A stretch of DNA of 64,000 nucleotides, taken from positions 32,001-96,000 of IMG/VR virus record IMGVR_UViG_3300037042_004723. One strand, given 5' to 3'. Positions 63,707 through 64,000 of the stretch are shown here, piece after piece. Positions within the stretch are counted from its first letter, which is position 1. The number at the start of each line of letters is the position of its first letter. The notes beneath the pieces were generated by a model, which saw nothing but the letters and a program-made list of their open reading frames with translations, did no database searches and was not told the DNA's origin. The DNA comes from a virus. The translations under genes were made by a program, and so were the position numbers.

Positions 63707-64000
63707 TTAGTCAAATTCTTGTGGGCCCGCCAGGTCTGAGATTGGTTCAAAAGTATTTAGAAACATCGGCGTCTTCTCGCCCACCCAGGCGTCATCGACG
63801 TTGAAGCTGAAGAACTCCTCGGCGTCCTCTTCGGTCATGCCGTCCCTGGCGATCAGGATGGCGATGCATTTCTCGCGGTCGTAGCAAGCGACCGGTTCGC
63901 GCATCTTTCCGTAGACGACGCCGATAAAGGCGTTCTCGAATCCATCGGCAAGCATAAATTCCTCTTCGCCATGGAATTCTTCGAAATAGGACTGAATCTG
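63707..64000 (-). CDS. Hypothetical phage protein (ADGF..A.IG...YD..KCI..L...GM..EDA.EFF.FN), probably 5'-truncated
   Basis: Frame is open to the window end. Confidence 0.7.
   Translation of the reverse strand, partial: QIQSYFEEFHGEEEFMLADGFENAFIGVVYGKMREPVACYDREKCIAILIARDGMTEEDAEEFFSFNVDDAWVGEKTPMFLNTFEPISDLAGPQEFD

Noticed and set aside
1-64000. A bona fide integron
   Set aside because: No tyrosine recombinase or IntI, and no GTTRRRY-type attC cores were recognised; the integron comparison is only an analogy

Overview
This 64 kb window looks like part of a large GC-rich bacteriophage genome; the host cannot be determined from the sequence. It has two very different halves. Positions 1-33.2 kb form a regular array of about 70 short genes, mostly in single-gene units, and most have their own promoter with the start codon about 6 nt after the -10 box, implying leaderless mRNAs. 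The units are separated by about 40 copies of an inverted repeat, GAAAACTC-spacer-GAGTTTTC (a compact 19-bp form, and an extended form with an 11-32 nt spacer). Two promoter classes are visible. Class I (GAAAA-N14-GTTGTAGT-N6-ATG, about 49 copies, ECF-sigma-like) dominates 1-21 kb, often as back-to-back divergent pairs. Class II (mostly TTGAC(A/T)-N17-TAnnn(T/C)-N6-7-ATG, host sigma70-like) dominates 21-33 kb and precedes six paralogous ECF-type sigma factor genes; most class II genes start with a shared ML(N/K)(H/N/K)T peptide. The array also contains an orphan HicA, XRE and winged-helix regulators, DnaA boxes and two tRNA-like RNAs. Positions 33.5-64 kb are conventional operon-like phage genes: HNH endonuclease, SNF2 helicase, PG-binding endolysin, J-domain protein, three paralogous putative virion proteins (one with a Kelch insertion), MazG-like protein, DHFR, SLOG protein, AT-hook protein and a release-factor homologue lacking the PxT loop. 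This half also has six tRNAs, including an 8/4-fold tRNA-Ser and two overlapping short-arm tRNA-Leu genes. The best candidate for an undescribed system is the hairpin-delimited gene-cassette array coupled to a phage sigma-factor cascade. All motif counts were made by eye; no database searches were run.
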